64,000 nucleotides of DNA, taken from contig NC_087438.1 in the NCBI RefSeq assembly GCF_036321535.1, positions 6,326,001-6,390,000 on the forward strand. Direction: 5' to 3'. The DNA is from Camelus dromedarius. Lineage: Eukaryota. Made by a program: the position numbers and the translations under genes. The notes below the pieces were generated by a model. The model searched no databases. It had not been told where the DNA came from and saw only the letters and a program-made list of their open reading frames with translations. Shown here piece by piece: positions 1 to 12,260 of this stretch; positions within the stretch are counted from its first letter, which is position 1; the number at the start of each line of letters is the position of its first letter.

Positions 1-44
1 ACAAGGGACAGATGCCTTTTCTGCTCTAACTTTTGTTGTCTGTG

Positions 45-247
45 TAAGTGAGAAACTGAGTGTAAGAGTGAATCATTCCTGTGCCTGACGAATCCGTGCC
101 CCTTGCTGACACACGGCCACACCCACTCACTGCAGCCGAGGGCCCCTACAAGGACAGGGCTGAGCGGCTGCAACAGGGACCACGTAGCCTGGGAAACTGG
201 AAACGTTTCCTGTCTGCCTCTTTACAGAGAAAGTTTACCGCCCGCTG
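45..247 (+). mobile_element. MER58-like hAT-Charlie MITE, 3' part
   Basis: ctttacagagaaagtttaccgcccgctg resembles the recalled MER58A 3' end and the in-window copy ending at 54032. Confidence 0.65.
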
Positions 248-1424
248 GGCTAATTGATGCGCAATCCGTAAAATGACTTTAAAGTCTAAATCAAAAGCCT
301 TCCCACTGCCACTCCCCCAGCTTTCCTCTCCTTAGACTGAGGGGATTCAATCTGCCAGGCAAAGCGGGGGCCACACTGTTTCCCTGGGGCCGGGGGTGGG
401 GGGATAATGGCTGATTTCTGGGGGTGACTCTTCCCGCCCGAGTCCTGTGATCACGCTTCTCTTCCCGAAGCAGGGAGGTAAGAACTCTGTCAGCTCTCTG
501 CCAGTCTGTTTTCCTCCAGGTGGCAGGTTCTGACTTCCCAGTGGTGTTTACATCAGTGGGAATTAAGTTAGGGGCTGTTCTTGGCTGCCTCATCGCCCGC
601 ATCCCTGGGCAGTACCACCTCCGCGCTGCGCTGGGGCCCCCGGCTGTGCCCGGGCTGCGTGCGAGGACGGCGCCGTGACCTTCCACTGTCCTACGCTGCC
701 CCCATGTCCAGCCCTCTCCAGGTTCCCCTGCTCCTCAAAGTGCAGCAGACTTTCCTTCATTTTACGAAACTAACACATACTTGTGGTGGCTAAGTCTTAG
801 AGTGAGGATGTGGAGGAAAAGGAACAGGTCCCCGCACTCTCCATGCCCAGAGGTCACCACCCACTCTGCTGAGTCGCTTTATTGTTTGCACAGTTTTTTC
901 ATTCTACTTACTAACTGGGTTATGCAAAAAAGACTAAAATTAAAATCATTTCACTCGTTTTTTTTGAGGTCAAACTTGACTAAAATATATTTTTAAAATA
1001 CTGTTCTTTCAAAATAACTTTCCGAGGAAAACAGCTATGAGGATTTGAAAACGCCGTACTGTTGGCTCTGAGTTATCATGTGTGCACACCTGGATGGTGC
1101 AGGCAGGTGCTTTTCTCAGCCTCTCCTGAGGCCTCAGGGTCACCTCTAGAACAGCTGGAGGATGCAGACACAGTTTACAATAACCCAGGAGTACAAAACC
1201 TCCTTTTGGTCTTCTTATCCTATCCTGGTGGCAGACATGATAACAAAGACACTCATGGGAGTGGCTGTGAGCAGACATGGGTCTCCCCTGGCACCACCTA
1301 CCTCTAGCTCTCAGAACACACGGGACAAATGCCGTCAAACGAGTCGTTCCTGCTGAAACCTACCACTGAACCGGATGCCCTCATTATATTGGGGCCAGTG
1401 CAGAGAACCAAAGACAAAGTCTGA

Positions 1425-1645
1425 GCCTAGGGGACAAAGCTCTGAACCTGGGTTTCCCATCGCATCAGCTGTGTGACCTTGGGCAGGATGCTCAAAGTCT
1501 GAGCCACCATTTCCTCCTCTGAAAACTGAAGATGACATTTGACTTTTCTCTCAGGGCGTAATGATTAAGGAAAGGGGGGGATAAAATCTAGCACAGCGCC
1601 AGACATGTACAAGAATCTTGGGAAATTGTAACAGTTGTTACCATT
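1425..1645 (+). mobile_element. MIR SINE
   Basis: Core-like gctgtgtgaccttgggcagg...tctgagcc...tttcctcctctgaaaa. Confidence 0.7.
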
Positions 1646-3045
1646 TATAAACATTTTAATAGATACACTGCATTGCCTTTGAAAAACAGATATTCAAAAG
1701 ATGAAAAATGTGAATATGATTTTGAAGGAGACAAATAATTTAGTTATGTTCAATTTCTCTTCTTTTAACACTTTGAAATTCATTTATAAAATGGATTTTC
1801 TAATAACAAATTACTTATATTCTATTATGAAAAGTATATTTAACAAAGAAATGAGTATTTACTGCTAATTGTTACCCTGTTCCTATTTAGTGTACTTCTT
1901 TAGGCATATTTCTGGAAAATCAATGGCTTTTGTCAAAAAAAAAACAAAACTCCATCTTTCCTCATTCTTTATTTTTTAAAAATCTGGTCATGTAGGTATC
2001 AGTTCCTTAGAAATGCATTCTTTTTTTTCTCCAGCCAGTGTTAACCTGAGAGGTTTCCCTGTCTTGCTATAAGAGAAAGATGGCAGAGAAACATTGGAAA
2101 GAATCCAGGGAACTCTTGGGCTGAAATCTTCAGCTTTTCTTTTCTCAAAAGGAATATTTAAGGGTCAAATACAAACTAACCCAGTCTGGGTGTGAGCACA
2201 CAGAAGCCCGCAGTCTATCAGTTGACAATTAAGTTATAATCTCTCACTGCTTTTCTCTGAGCTGGTGGACAAGGAAACAGCAGGGAGATTCAGCTCTGCA
2301 TGTAACTGTAAAATCTCCTCCTCCCGGGAGCCTGATGAAGACAGACAAGAGGTTTATTCTCCTTGAAAGAAAAAGGGGGAAACTGAAAACGCCTCCCGGG
2401 CGGCTGTGCCTGGTGGCAGCCGGCGCCTGTGGATTCATGACTGCGCTCCAAGTGCAGTTGCCTAAGAGACGAGAGCAGGCAGAGGGTGCTGCCTTCCCTG
2501 GTCTGTTGCGGGACCTACTTGCCTGTGCCGTACCTACAAGGTGCTGAGCTGGCAGAGCACCGTGAAAAAGCTGAATTGCTTTGTGCTCTGCAAGCCACAG
2601 ACTCACATGCTGGCAACAGAAACACCTGCAGACGGCACAGACCTGTCTTCCCACCTGTTACCGAGAGTCATGTCCCCAGAGCTTGCTGGGCTGGAGCTGG
2701 AAGACTGGTACCCTTCCAGCTTCATTTGACTCGTGGCACACCTGTCGACGGGACCCCAACCCTCTGTGCCACCCTCTGGACCAGAATAATTCCTGCCTTA
2801 AGCTGGTCCTGCAGGAAACACAAATCAGAACAAATTTCCAGCAGCCATCGGTTAAATTTAGGAAAAAGGCATTATATAAAAGACAGTTGTTAATAAATCT
2901 CACTATTTGTTGTTATTCATTATTATTAATAATAGCAGCACTGTTATTAGCTGAGAGGTCCCTAATGTTATTTACTCCTCAACACTGACACCAAAGGAGA
3001 CATCAAATTATCTAGAAAGGAATATTGTGATGATTTTTAATATAC

Positions 3046-3112
3046 TTTTTTTTAAGTGTAGTTGATTTGTAATGTTGTGTTAGTTTGTGGTGTACAGCAT
3101 AGTGATTCAGTA
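3046..3112 (-). mobile_element. L1 extreme 3'-end fragment
   Basis: Poly-T followed by aagtgtagttgatttgtaatgttgtgttag, similar to the L1 ends at 18.4 kb and 36.06 kb. Confidence 0.7.
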
Positions 3113-3154
3113 ATGATTTTTGTTAAATATAGAAACCTTCCTTTTTCAGAAGGA

Positions 3155-3318
3155 TACTATTCGATATCTTGTAGTAGTTTATGGTGAGAAAGACTGAAAA
3201 CGAATATATGTATGTTCACGTATGACTGAAGCATTGTGCTGCGCACCAGAAACTGACACCACATTGTAAACTGACTGTACTTCAACAAAAACTTATTTTA
3301 AAATATAAATAAATAAAA
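3155..3318 (+). mobile_element. L1 3' UTR fragment with A-rich tail
   Basis: Reverse complement of the L1 end at 18400-18535 (tatgactgaagcattgtgctg...ccagaaactgacac). Confidence 0.8.
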
Positions 3319-3807
3319 GAATACTCACTTTTAAGACTGGTTTAAATTTTACGCTATACTCATCCCGTCTGATTCTACAGCAATTCTTATGTGTTAGATG
3401 AGAAAATGAGGTTTAAAATACTCCAGTGACTAGGTCAAGAATATATATGTATATATTATAAACTTTATATATATATACACAAAAACTTGTGCTGGGTTAT
3501 GTCAGGAACACCAAATCTCAGCATTATCACTGAGTGTGATAAAGCCCTGAATAATTTAATCCTGACATTGGCTCGCAGATGTTATAAAGTGGCTCCTTCT
3601 CCATGGATACTGATGTGTTACTCTCATCACAGCAAACCGGTTTGCATCCAAACCCTGTATCCTGGGGTGCGGGACTCACAGGATGTCAAGGTCCTCACCC
3701 CACTCAACCACAGGGTGTCCGAGAGCCCTTGGGGTTCCTGTGCCCTCTCTGGGTGGCACGTCTCCAAGGGGCACCAGCACATGGGCGGACCCCCGGGGCT
3801 GCCCTAC

Positions 3808-4015
3808 CTGCGCGTGCGGTGGAACGGGCACCTCTTCAGCGGGATCTTGGCCACGTGCTCGCGCAGGCCCACGAACAGGACGCTCTGGCTGTGGAGGATC
3901 TGTAGGCTCCTGACGGGCTCCGGCCGCCTCTCCGGGAAGAGCTCGATCTCTTCCAGCAAACAGCTGCCCGAGGTCTGAGTCAGGGGCGCCCGCACCTTCT
4001 TAATGGTACCATAAT
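3808..4015 (-). CDS. SEMA5A: Semaphorin-5A exon (208 bp, phase 1-2; approx. exon 12), DYGTIKKVRAPLTQTSGSCLLEEIELF...KIPLKRCPFHRTR; end of Sema domain and start of PSI domain
   Basis: Extends ORF 3804..3995. Branch-point-like ctgac, C-rich tract and acceptor cccgcag; donor GTAGGG. The gene continues beyond both window ends. Confidence 0.97.
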
Positions 4016-4081
4016 CTGCGGGGGCAGTGGGGACAGAGTAAGGTCAGCAGGGCTCACCAGCCACTCACCAGCCCAGCCACC

Positions 4082-4248
4082 GTGGCTCTCCAGCCTGGCT
4101 GCACAGAGTCATCCGAGGAGCTTTCACAAATGCTGATGCCGGGCCCCACCGGGGACTTATTCAATCAGCCGTGCTGGCTGTGGGGCCAGGTGCCAGCATT
4201 CGTACAGCTCTCAGGGGAGATAACACAAAACCAAGGATGAGAGCCACT
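4082..4248. mobile_element. MER5A-like hAT MITE
   Basis: Inverted termini gtggctctc...gagagccac; internal tgatgccgggccccacc. Lies about 65 bp from the exon acceptor. Confidence 0.65.
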
Positions 4249-7200
4249 CAGCCAAAATCTGGTCCAGTTGCAAGTCCAGAGACCCAGAGCGCAGTAAAGC
4301 TCCGAGCAGCCCAGAGGAGCCAGCTTTGCGCCATCCCCTGGGGAACGTCAGCTGAGAGGGGTCCCTGGGAGAAACCACCCTGGACTCTCAGTGTCAGACA
4401 GAGGAGCTGCCTTCGCTGTCCCCGCAGAGCAGATCCCGGGGATGAACAATGCTGAGATGTGGGAGCAAAGGGTGCAACTGCTTCCTTTCTTTCTGCCTCT
4501 CTGTCTCTATCCCCTCCTTCCTCTTTCTCTCTAAAGCTTCTTCTCTGGGATGCTCATCTCGGTCTCAGCCCCATGGATTCTTCATCCCTGCATGACTGAA
4601 CAACTATCTCTGAGCCAGTCCCCTCTCTGCTCCAGTTTTCTGCTCACCACTTGTTTATGTTCAGTTATAAGCTCGGCTCTAAGCCCAGCCCGAGGACAGG
4701 TGTCCCAGTGTCTCCTGTATCACACAGACTCCCCAGAATGACTGTGAGGGGCACAGAGAACGGTCCTCTCAGCCAGGGAGGGGCACAGTGCAGCCAATGC
4801 CCGGCATCGGGACACAGACCTGAAACACGTGCTGTTGTCCCTGGGGCGCTGTGGTGAGGCCCCCGCGACCAGTCTGCAAATCCAGGACCTGAAACCCAAC
4901 CCTCTAGAAGCACCTCTGAGAGCTGCAAGCAGATTCCTCCAAGCATCCTGGAGGCACTGGCTGAATAAAACCCACGGGGATCTGAGTGTCAAAACATTAC
5001 AATTCTTACTCTGTAAACACAATGAGGCTATGAAGTTATCTAACAGCAGAAGTAAAATCAAGAGCCTCTGTTTTCCAGGCCTCCCATCAGTCTGCTAATC
5101 TCAGACATTTGGACAAAAAATACCTTTCCAGTTTTCCATTCCTAGGAGAGCCCTTAGAGTTTGAGGATGTTTACATTTAAAGAAAAGCACATATGCGGAT
5201 ATATACATATATGTTATATTATATTATATAACATATATATATATAATCCTGAGTTCATTAAGAAATGTGTGTCTGAAACATCTCCAGTGAACATTATTGA
5301 TGATGAACTGAATGCTATGAGCATTATGCATGTAATAGTGTATATAATTATACATATAAAATATATGCAGTATTAGTAAACCATGGCTTAGGTTTATTTT
5401 AGGTTGGCTGGTAAACCTGTGACTCGTGATGAAGTTCGAGCACAAAGAGAGCTGCTACGTACGCATAAGGGAGATAAAAGACCCAGCACCCGTCGTCAAG
5501 GGACAGGCGTGTGTTCGCGAGCGCACCCGCAAAGGAGGGGGTGGCGGAGAAAGAGGGTGGGGAAAAGAGAGAGAGAGAGGAAAGGGGGCAGCCTGCGCAG
5601 CAAGGCAGCGTTTAAACAAACGCATTTGAACAAATGCTCAAACCTAAGTGAGCAAGAAAATGTGTCTGTCTTTATTTGTATCATTCAATCTAATTTTGAC
5701 TTGGAGACCACAGTTCCCACCCAGCTGGTGGGAAATTCAACCCAATGATGGTTGGGTTCTTGTTCGCCCAGTGAAAGGCATCCAAGACGTGCACAGAACC
5801 AACCCAGTGTCAGGAGAATGGGGGAAGCTTCAGGAAAGGGGACTTCAGCACAAGGTCGCAGCCCCAGCACCCCAAGATAAAGTCTCCACCAGCAGAGGGA
5901 AGGGCCAGCCTTCCTGCAGAGCAGGGACAATCACAGAGGCTTTGCTGCCCTTTGAGACATCCTGGCAATGGGACATGGTCCGAGACAGAAGTTAGGAGCC
6001 AGGGCCTGCTACCACCCATTGAGCAGCAAGGCTCTGATGAGGGTTTAAGTGAAAGATTCTTGGGATAAAGCAAAACATTTTACAGCCATGTGGGGGTGGA
6101 GGTGGGACGGGGCGCGTGGACGGGGGTCCAGCCAGGGAACTGTCACCTTTTGACTATCGCCACGCTATTGTCACAGGACTCACACGTGAGAGAACTAAAT
6201 CCTATTCAACAGGGGAACGAAGACTCCTGGCTGTTTGTTTATTTTGCTGCTAGATTATTACTCCAAGAAACCAAATTAATAACAGTTCAAACATCAATAT
6301 GCTCACGTGCACTTTGATTTCTTAATGGTGGGGGAAAAAACAACACATTTTAAAAGATCTTGAATCATTTAAAAGAACTAACCATGATCAAAACTTTTCA
6401 TAGTGTATTTCTGCCCACTTCGTATCTGATTTTCCAGCTGACCGGGATCTAACAAATCTACAGGACTCAGCAGTTCAGAGAAGGCTCCTCAGCGTGGATT
6501 TACGTGCTTGTCCACCATCTGTGCCTCTGCTGGGTTTTCCTGACTCTCTGAAGCATCCCGTCACGTGCGGAGCCTCTTGAAATTCCAGGTTCCATGTTCC
6601 ATCGGCACTGGCACCAGCATGTCCAGACCCAGCGGTCTTGCAGGAGCCCCTTCTGTTCCCTGGAAGCCTTTCCTTCCTCAGTCTGCACCCTGCTCTCCCC
6701 CTGTTCATGCACTCTTACCTTCGTGTACAACACCTTCCTCACCTGGATGCTCCAGAACATTCACCCTGGGCTCCTCACTGCACCTGGCGTGAGCATCAGG
6801 ATGCACACGTGACCACACCCCTCTCCTGCCTTGGACCCTCTGCCCCGGGCGTCAATGCTGCACCAAGTCGCCCACGGGCCGTGCATGGCCTGAGCCTCCT
6901 TTCACCTCCAGCTCCCCTCACCTCCACCGAGAGCCCACGATTGCCCTGGGCCCTGAATGTGCAGGTCCTCTGGCTGAAGTGGCCACCCAGCCATCTTCCT
7001 CTGACAGTGTGTGTCCTGGCTCAGACAGCGAGGAGTCTCCTCTGGGCCCCTCCAACAACCCCAGGTGGACGCTGCCTCTCTTGATGTCCATAAGAACCAA
7101 CCAGGTCAGGGCGTTCTCCAGCCCTGCATCTGTCTTTCTCCCGGTTCTCTCCACCCCAGAGTCAGACCTCTCCTGGGAGCACCAACAGCCATGTTCCTTA

Positions 7201-7732
7201 CATCTGCAGGGCCATCTTCTTTTCTTTTAATGAATGACTACCACAATTATATGCCAAATTGTTTTACTGAGACATAATTTTATTGAGATAGTAATTCTTT
7301 ATTGAGACATATAACATTGTGTTAGTTTGCTGTGTACAACATGTTGACTGATACTGTCACATGATTGGCACCATAGTGTCAGCTGACACCTCTTCTCAGG
7401 TCAGGTAATTTTACTGTACACAGATAAATATGAAACACAAAATAACCATGAAATTGCAAAGAATATATTTCTCTTTGCAATGCATTAAAACAAAGCAAAA
7501 GAAAGCCTCAGTAATCCTGAATTTCAGAGAAGAAATGGTTTGAAGGAGGGGCTAATATGACATGGCTGTGTTCAAGCAGATTTAATCAGGGACTCCGTGG
7601 AGCAAACAAATCCCCAGCAGCCAGCAGCTTGACTGGAAGTGATAAATCCAAACTTCTGGGCTCCATCATGCTCCAGTCGAATGTTCTGTCCTAGTTACTT
7701 GACATAAGGCTGAAGGACACTAGCTCTGGAAC

Positions 7733-8391
7733 TGTGACGGAGCAGGACCCCACAGGGCCTTCCCAGGACAGAGCCCCCACTATGTCCTTCTCCGCTGGCC
7801 TCTTGTTTCTAGAAAAGCTTTAGTCTCCTAGACCTCCCAGAGTCACAAAAGTCTAGCTGAAGAGTTAGTGATTGGAACAGGTAGTATCAAAAGATAGCAG
7901 CTGGGCCAGGAGAACCAGGGACAATTTAAACAACAGATCAGCCATATGGTAGAGTCACAGAACCTTCAGTTCCTCCCTGAAGGACATAGATAACAGTGTC
8001 TGACACACATTCCTGAGTTGCTTTATGGGCGCTAAAACCCCCACCAGATGGAAGAAGCTAGCTGCATGACGACCAGGAACACATGGCTCCCAGACAGACT
8101 GGAGCCTGACAACTGATGACATTCACCCTTGTGACATCACCCAGTTACCTCACCATCAACCAATCAGAGAACTGTGCACGAGATGCTCACACTCCGTGAC
8201 CCTCTCCCTCACCTGGTCTTTAAAAACCCTTCCCTGAAAGCCATCAGGGAGTCTGCACCTTTCGAGTGTGAGCTGCCCGGACTCTTGCTTAGACCTGCAG
8301 TGAATGCTGCACTTTCCTTCACCACAACCTGGTGTCAGTAAATTGGCTTTACTGCCCGCTGGTGAATGGACCCGGGTTTGGTTTGGTAACT
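7733..8391 (+). mobile_element. Solo ERV1-class LTR
   Basis: Starts TGT and ends ...ggtaac. Imperfect 4-bp TSD gaac/gagc. CCAAT box, tttaaaa TATA-like element and a typical R/U5 region. Confidence 0.8.
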
Positions 8392-9548
8392 GAGCAAAGT
8401 CTTAGCAAAGTTATCTTTTTTTTTTTCTTTCAGTGGCAGAAAGTCAGAGCCTGGCTCACAAGAGACTAAGGAGCAAACGAGAGGACACAACGCAGGACTC
8501 TGGGAGTCCCTCACAGTGCTCTTACTTGTTTTTGCTTTAGAAAAGTTGCCACAGTTTAATTACTAATTTACTTGTTTTGTGGCTTCTACACATGACATTA
8601 TTAGGCACCAGGAGGGCACACACGATCAGTTTTGTCCTCTGGTGTCTGCGAAGTTGCCATCACTGGGGCCTGTGAAGATTAATAAATGTGTGATGGATGT
8701 GAGATTGAACAAATGAGTGAGGGAAGGAAGGAAAGAAAGAAGAAAAGATGGAGGAAGGCAGGCAACTGTTATGGGGAAGTCACTGTCACTTGTATATTTG
8801 CCAAAAAGACTCCTGAATAATATTTTGGCATTGCAACCTTTAATGAGAGTTACGGGATCAGTCAGGGTGAAGGTGAAACGAGACGTTATCTCCCCACTTC
8901 CCAAATATTTCAGCAAAATGGTTCATAAACTAAATATGAAGGAAGAAAATCATTTTAATTGGTTTCAGCTGAGAAAATACCAGCTCTGAAAATATGCCAT
9001 GGAAAATAAAACCAGACACACCTTCAAAACACCTGAAATTCAATACTCTAACCAAAGTCAGCTGCAGGAAAAAAAAAAAAAAGCCAGAAATATAGAAAAT
9101 CTTCTCAGTCAATCTTTAAAATTTTGAGATCAGAAAGAAAAGAAAAAAATGGCACCTCCTGTCAGTCACAGATCACTTCCCCAAGGAGAGAGGAGGCGCG
9201 TGCGATTCTGGAACCGCAGCATCGGAGCTGACGGCAGGACGGTGGGCTGGCACTGCTTTGCTCCAAATCCTCATATTTGCCTTTTTGTGCAAATGTTAAC
9301 TACTTAATTATGTCATGGACACAAATCTGACAGTCACCTATTTGTAGTTTAGCTCTCAAATGGAAAACTAAAGCTACGCGTTGTGAGAGAGACAGAGTTA
9401 CTGCAAGATTTTTAAGACTGATCAAAACTGATAGGATGGTTATTATTTGAAAGGCATGAAGAGTTCTACTCACATGGAAATGTAAATATTGTGCTGAAGA
9501 ACTTACATCTGTCTAATTTCAGCAGAACAGGAAGTGTGATTCTCTCCT

Positions 9549-9719
9549 AGGGGATTGACAGATTACGTAAAGGATGCCCGCTTAAACTTGAATTTTAGAT
9601 AAACCATGAAAATTTTTTTTTTTACTATTAGGATATCCAATTCAATACTATTCATGGTTTATCTGAAATTCAAATTAAAGTGGGCACCCTATATTTTTAT
9701 TTGTTAAATCTGTCAACCT
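9549..9719. mobile_element. MER53 palindromic hAT MITE
   Basis: Inverted arms 9555-9564/9707-9716 and 9588-9610/9651-9673. Matches the recalled MER53 consensus. Confidence 0.8.
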
Positions 9720-10079
9720 CATTATATCCACATCTCATTTGATCATCTCAGTAAGCTGGTGAAGATGTAACAAATACATGCATGAGTATTCCCACTTTAC
9801 AGATGAGAAAATTGAGTTTCAGAGAGGAGAAGAACTGATATTTATTTCCTGTGAACTGTACTGTCAAAATCCTGTAAGGGAGTTGGACATGAAATGGAGG
9901 TTCCCTTCAGTGCTAATGAACGAGGTAAAGTAACAAGGAACCCCAAAGCAAACATTAATCAAAAAGCCAGTGTGATGCATAGGGAAGGACAGTTTTATTT
10001 AGATTGTGTGCATGCTCTTTTTATCCATGAACTCTTCTGGAAGTCATAAAACTTAGCCAGTTGGGAGGTAGCCAGACAG

Positions 10080-12260
10080 AGTCATCATTCTGATCCACTG
10101 GAAGCCACCATCTGCTGCCCATGTGAAGGACACGTGTGGGTAGCATCTCCTCCAGAAAGCAACGGATTCTCCTAGTCACCAGGACCACATGCTTTCTCCC
10201 TGTATCACAGTTCAGGCACAGATAGGCAAACACAGTGACTGCCACCCCTGCTCCCTGACACAAGCTACTTAAAGAGTGAGGCAGGCAAAGCCAGCTCAGA
10301 TACCTGTCTGTGGATGAACAGAAGTTGTACATACACCTCAAAGGAGGTATTTCTGGGAATGCGAGAAGGGGACAACTACTCTCCAAAACAAGGACCATGT
10401 AAGACACCATCACCAGACCAGAAAATGAACAAAAAAAGGGCTTCCCTGAAGCACTTGCCAGTGACATGAGAACTCGCCTTGACACAAATCATCAGATGAT
10501 TGTAGATCCAAACCCTAATATTGATTTTTGCTGGTGACTGATGAAGTCATGAAAGACCAGAGGCACATCTGATGGCAGGTAGAAAATACACAGGCAAAAC
10601 TGGATTCTTGTAATAAGAGAGATACTCATTTCCACCTCAATATTGTGAGCCATTAGGAAAATGACCAAAGGAAAAAGCAAAGGTCATCAATAAGATGGTT
10701 ACTAAGGTAAGGCTGGAACACTGTCACATGAAACAGTAATAAATCCAATTTTAGAAGGGACTGCTGGGGAAGACACATTTACCTAATGCTTATCAGAAGA
10801 CTGGAGTGTTAACCTGAAAAAGACATAGGAAATCTGCCCCCCACAATTCTAACCACAAGAAATGATCCATGAAACACTGAAGCTTGATCCACCACCTCCA
10901 TCCGGAGGAAAATACGTGCGTTTCCCATAGCAAGTGAGTTACCAAGCTCCTTATGGGAAGAGAAAGTGAAATGAGAACAAAACCAAACAAGCAAAAATGC
11001 AGGTGTTTTTCTGCAAACAATTAAAAAATGTCTAAATGAAAAAATATTCTTAGAGCAGAATGTGGTCCTAAAGAAAGATGCCAGGACATTCCTAACTAAT
11101 TTCACAGGAGCAAAGTGACTTGCACATGAGACCTGGGGAAGCAGCAACACAACCATATCTTGAATCCCCACAAAATCTCCAAGCACTGGTGCCTGGAGGC
11201 GGGAGTCCACACAGTGTGTCTAGACAAGCACCATTCAACAAAAATATAGAACAACCATGTTAAGTAATTAAAAAATTTTCTAGTAGCCACATTTTTAAAA
11301 AAGGGCAAATGAATTAAATTTAAATTACAAATTTGGATTTAACCCAATGTATCTAAAATATTGTAATATGAAATATAATATTTAATCCAATATTTATTAA
11401 TATATTAATATATAATCCAATATTAATACATTAATATATAATTGATATAAAATTATTGAGATTTTTTTCTTTTTTTTAATACTAAGTTAATTGAGGGCTC
11501 AATTCAGACTACCACATTTCAGGTGTCCAGCAGCCACAGGAGGTATGGCTACGGTATTTGGACAACTTGGACGTGTACAGAGGTGTCCCGGTGCTGCCCT
11601 GAAGAGCCAGGTGCCCATCACACCCCAAAAGAGGCAACAACCTCATGACCCACAACATGACAGACTTATCTCACTGCACCTCACATGTTGAGCGTTGCCA
11701 TATGATTTCCACTGAACACAGGGTTCCATCTTCACAAATGTTTGAAAATCCTTGCACTAGAGCTTCTACTGCAGGTAGGATGATGAATGTCCTCAAAGGT
11801 TAACTGAAGGCTCTTGGTTATCCAGCCAGTGAGTGTGGCCCTGGGATAGAACCCAGTCCCTAACATCTCACCTGGCCACCTGGCATCACCCCCTGGCAAT
11901 TCACCCACAGGAAAATCACAGATGTCCTGTGAGACTGAATGCAATTATTGTCGAATTATTTCAGAACCTTATGGACTGCCACAAAGTAATCACAAACATG
12001 AAAGAAGATTCTTTCTGGTTTTGTTTGTTTAATTTGTAGAGTTTTCCTCCAATTAGAGCCCAAGCTTGTCCCTACTCTTTTGGAGGAGAGCTTCTGTATC
12101 AAATTTCTGAGAAAACAAATGACCCTAACAGACCTCCCAAACAGAGATGGTAAGGGTGACATGATTTTTCATCATCCACAGTCTGAATAATTGACATATT
12201 AAATCTGGTACAAACAGGAAAAAACAATGATATATTTATACCACAATTAAGCACAGGAAA
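10080..12260 (+). mobile_element. Highly decayed CR1/L3-clade LINE relic (ORF1 esterase, endonuclease and RT traces), interrupted by MER33
   Basis: Hand translation gives colinear CR1-like peptides at 10101, 11026, 11133 and 12202 (see findings). Confidence 0.55.
11226..11570. mobile_element. MER33 hAT-Charlie element
   Basis: aaattttctagtagccacatt...gactaccacatttcaggtgtccagcagccaca...gtatttggaca, preceded by the hAT target gtctagac. Confidence 0.75.
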
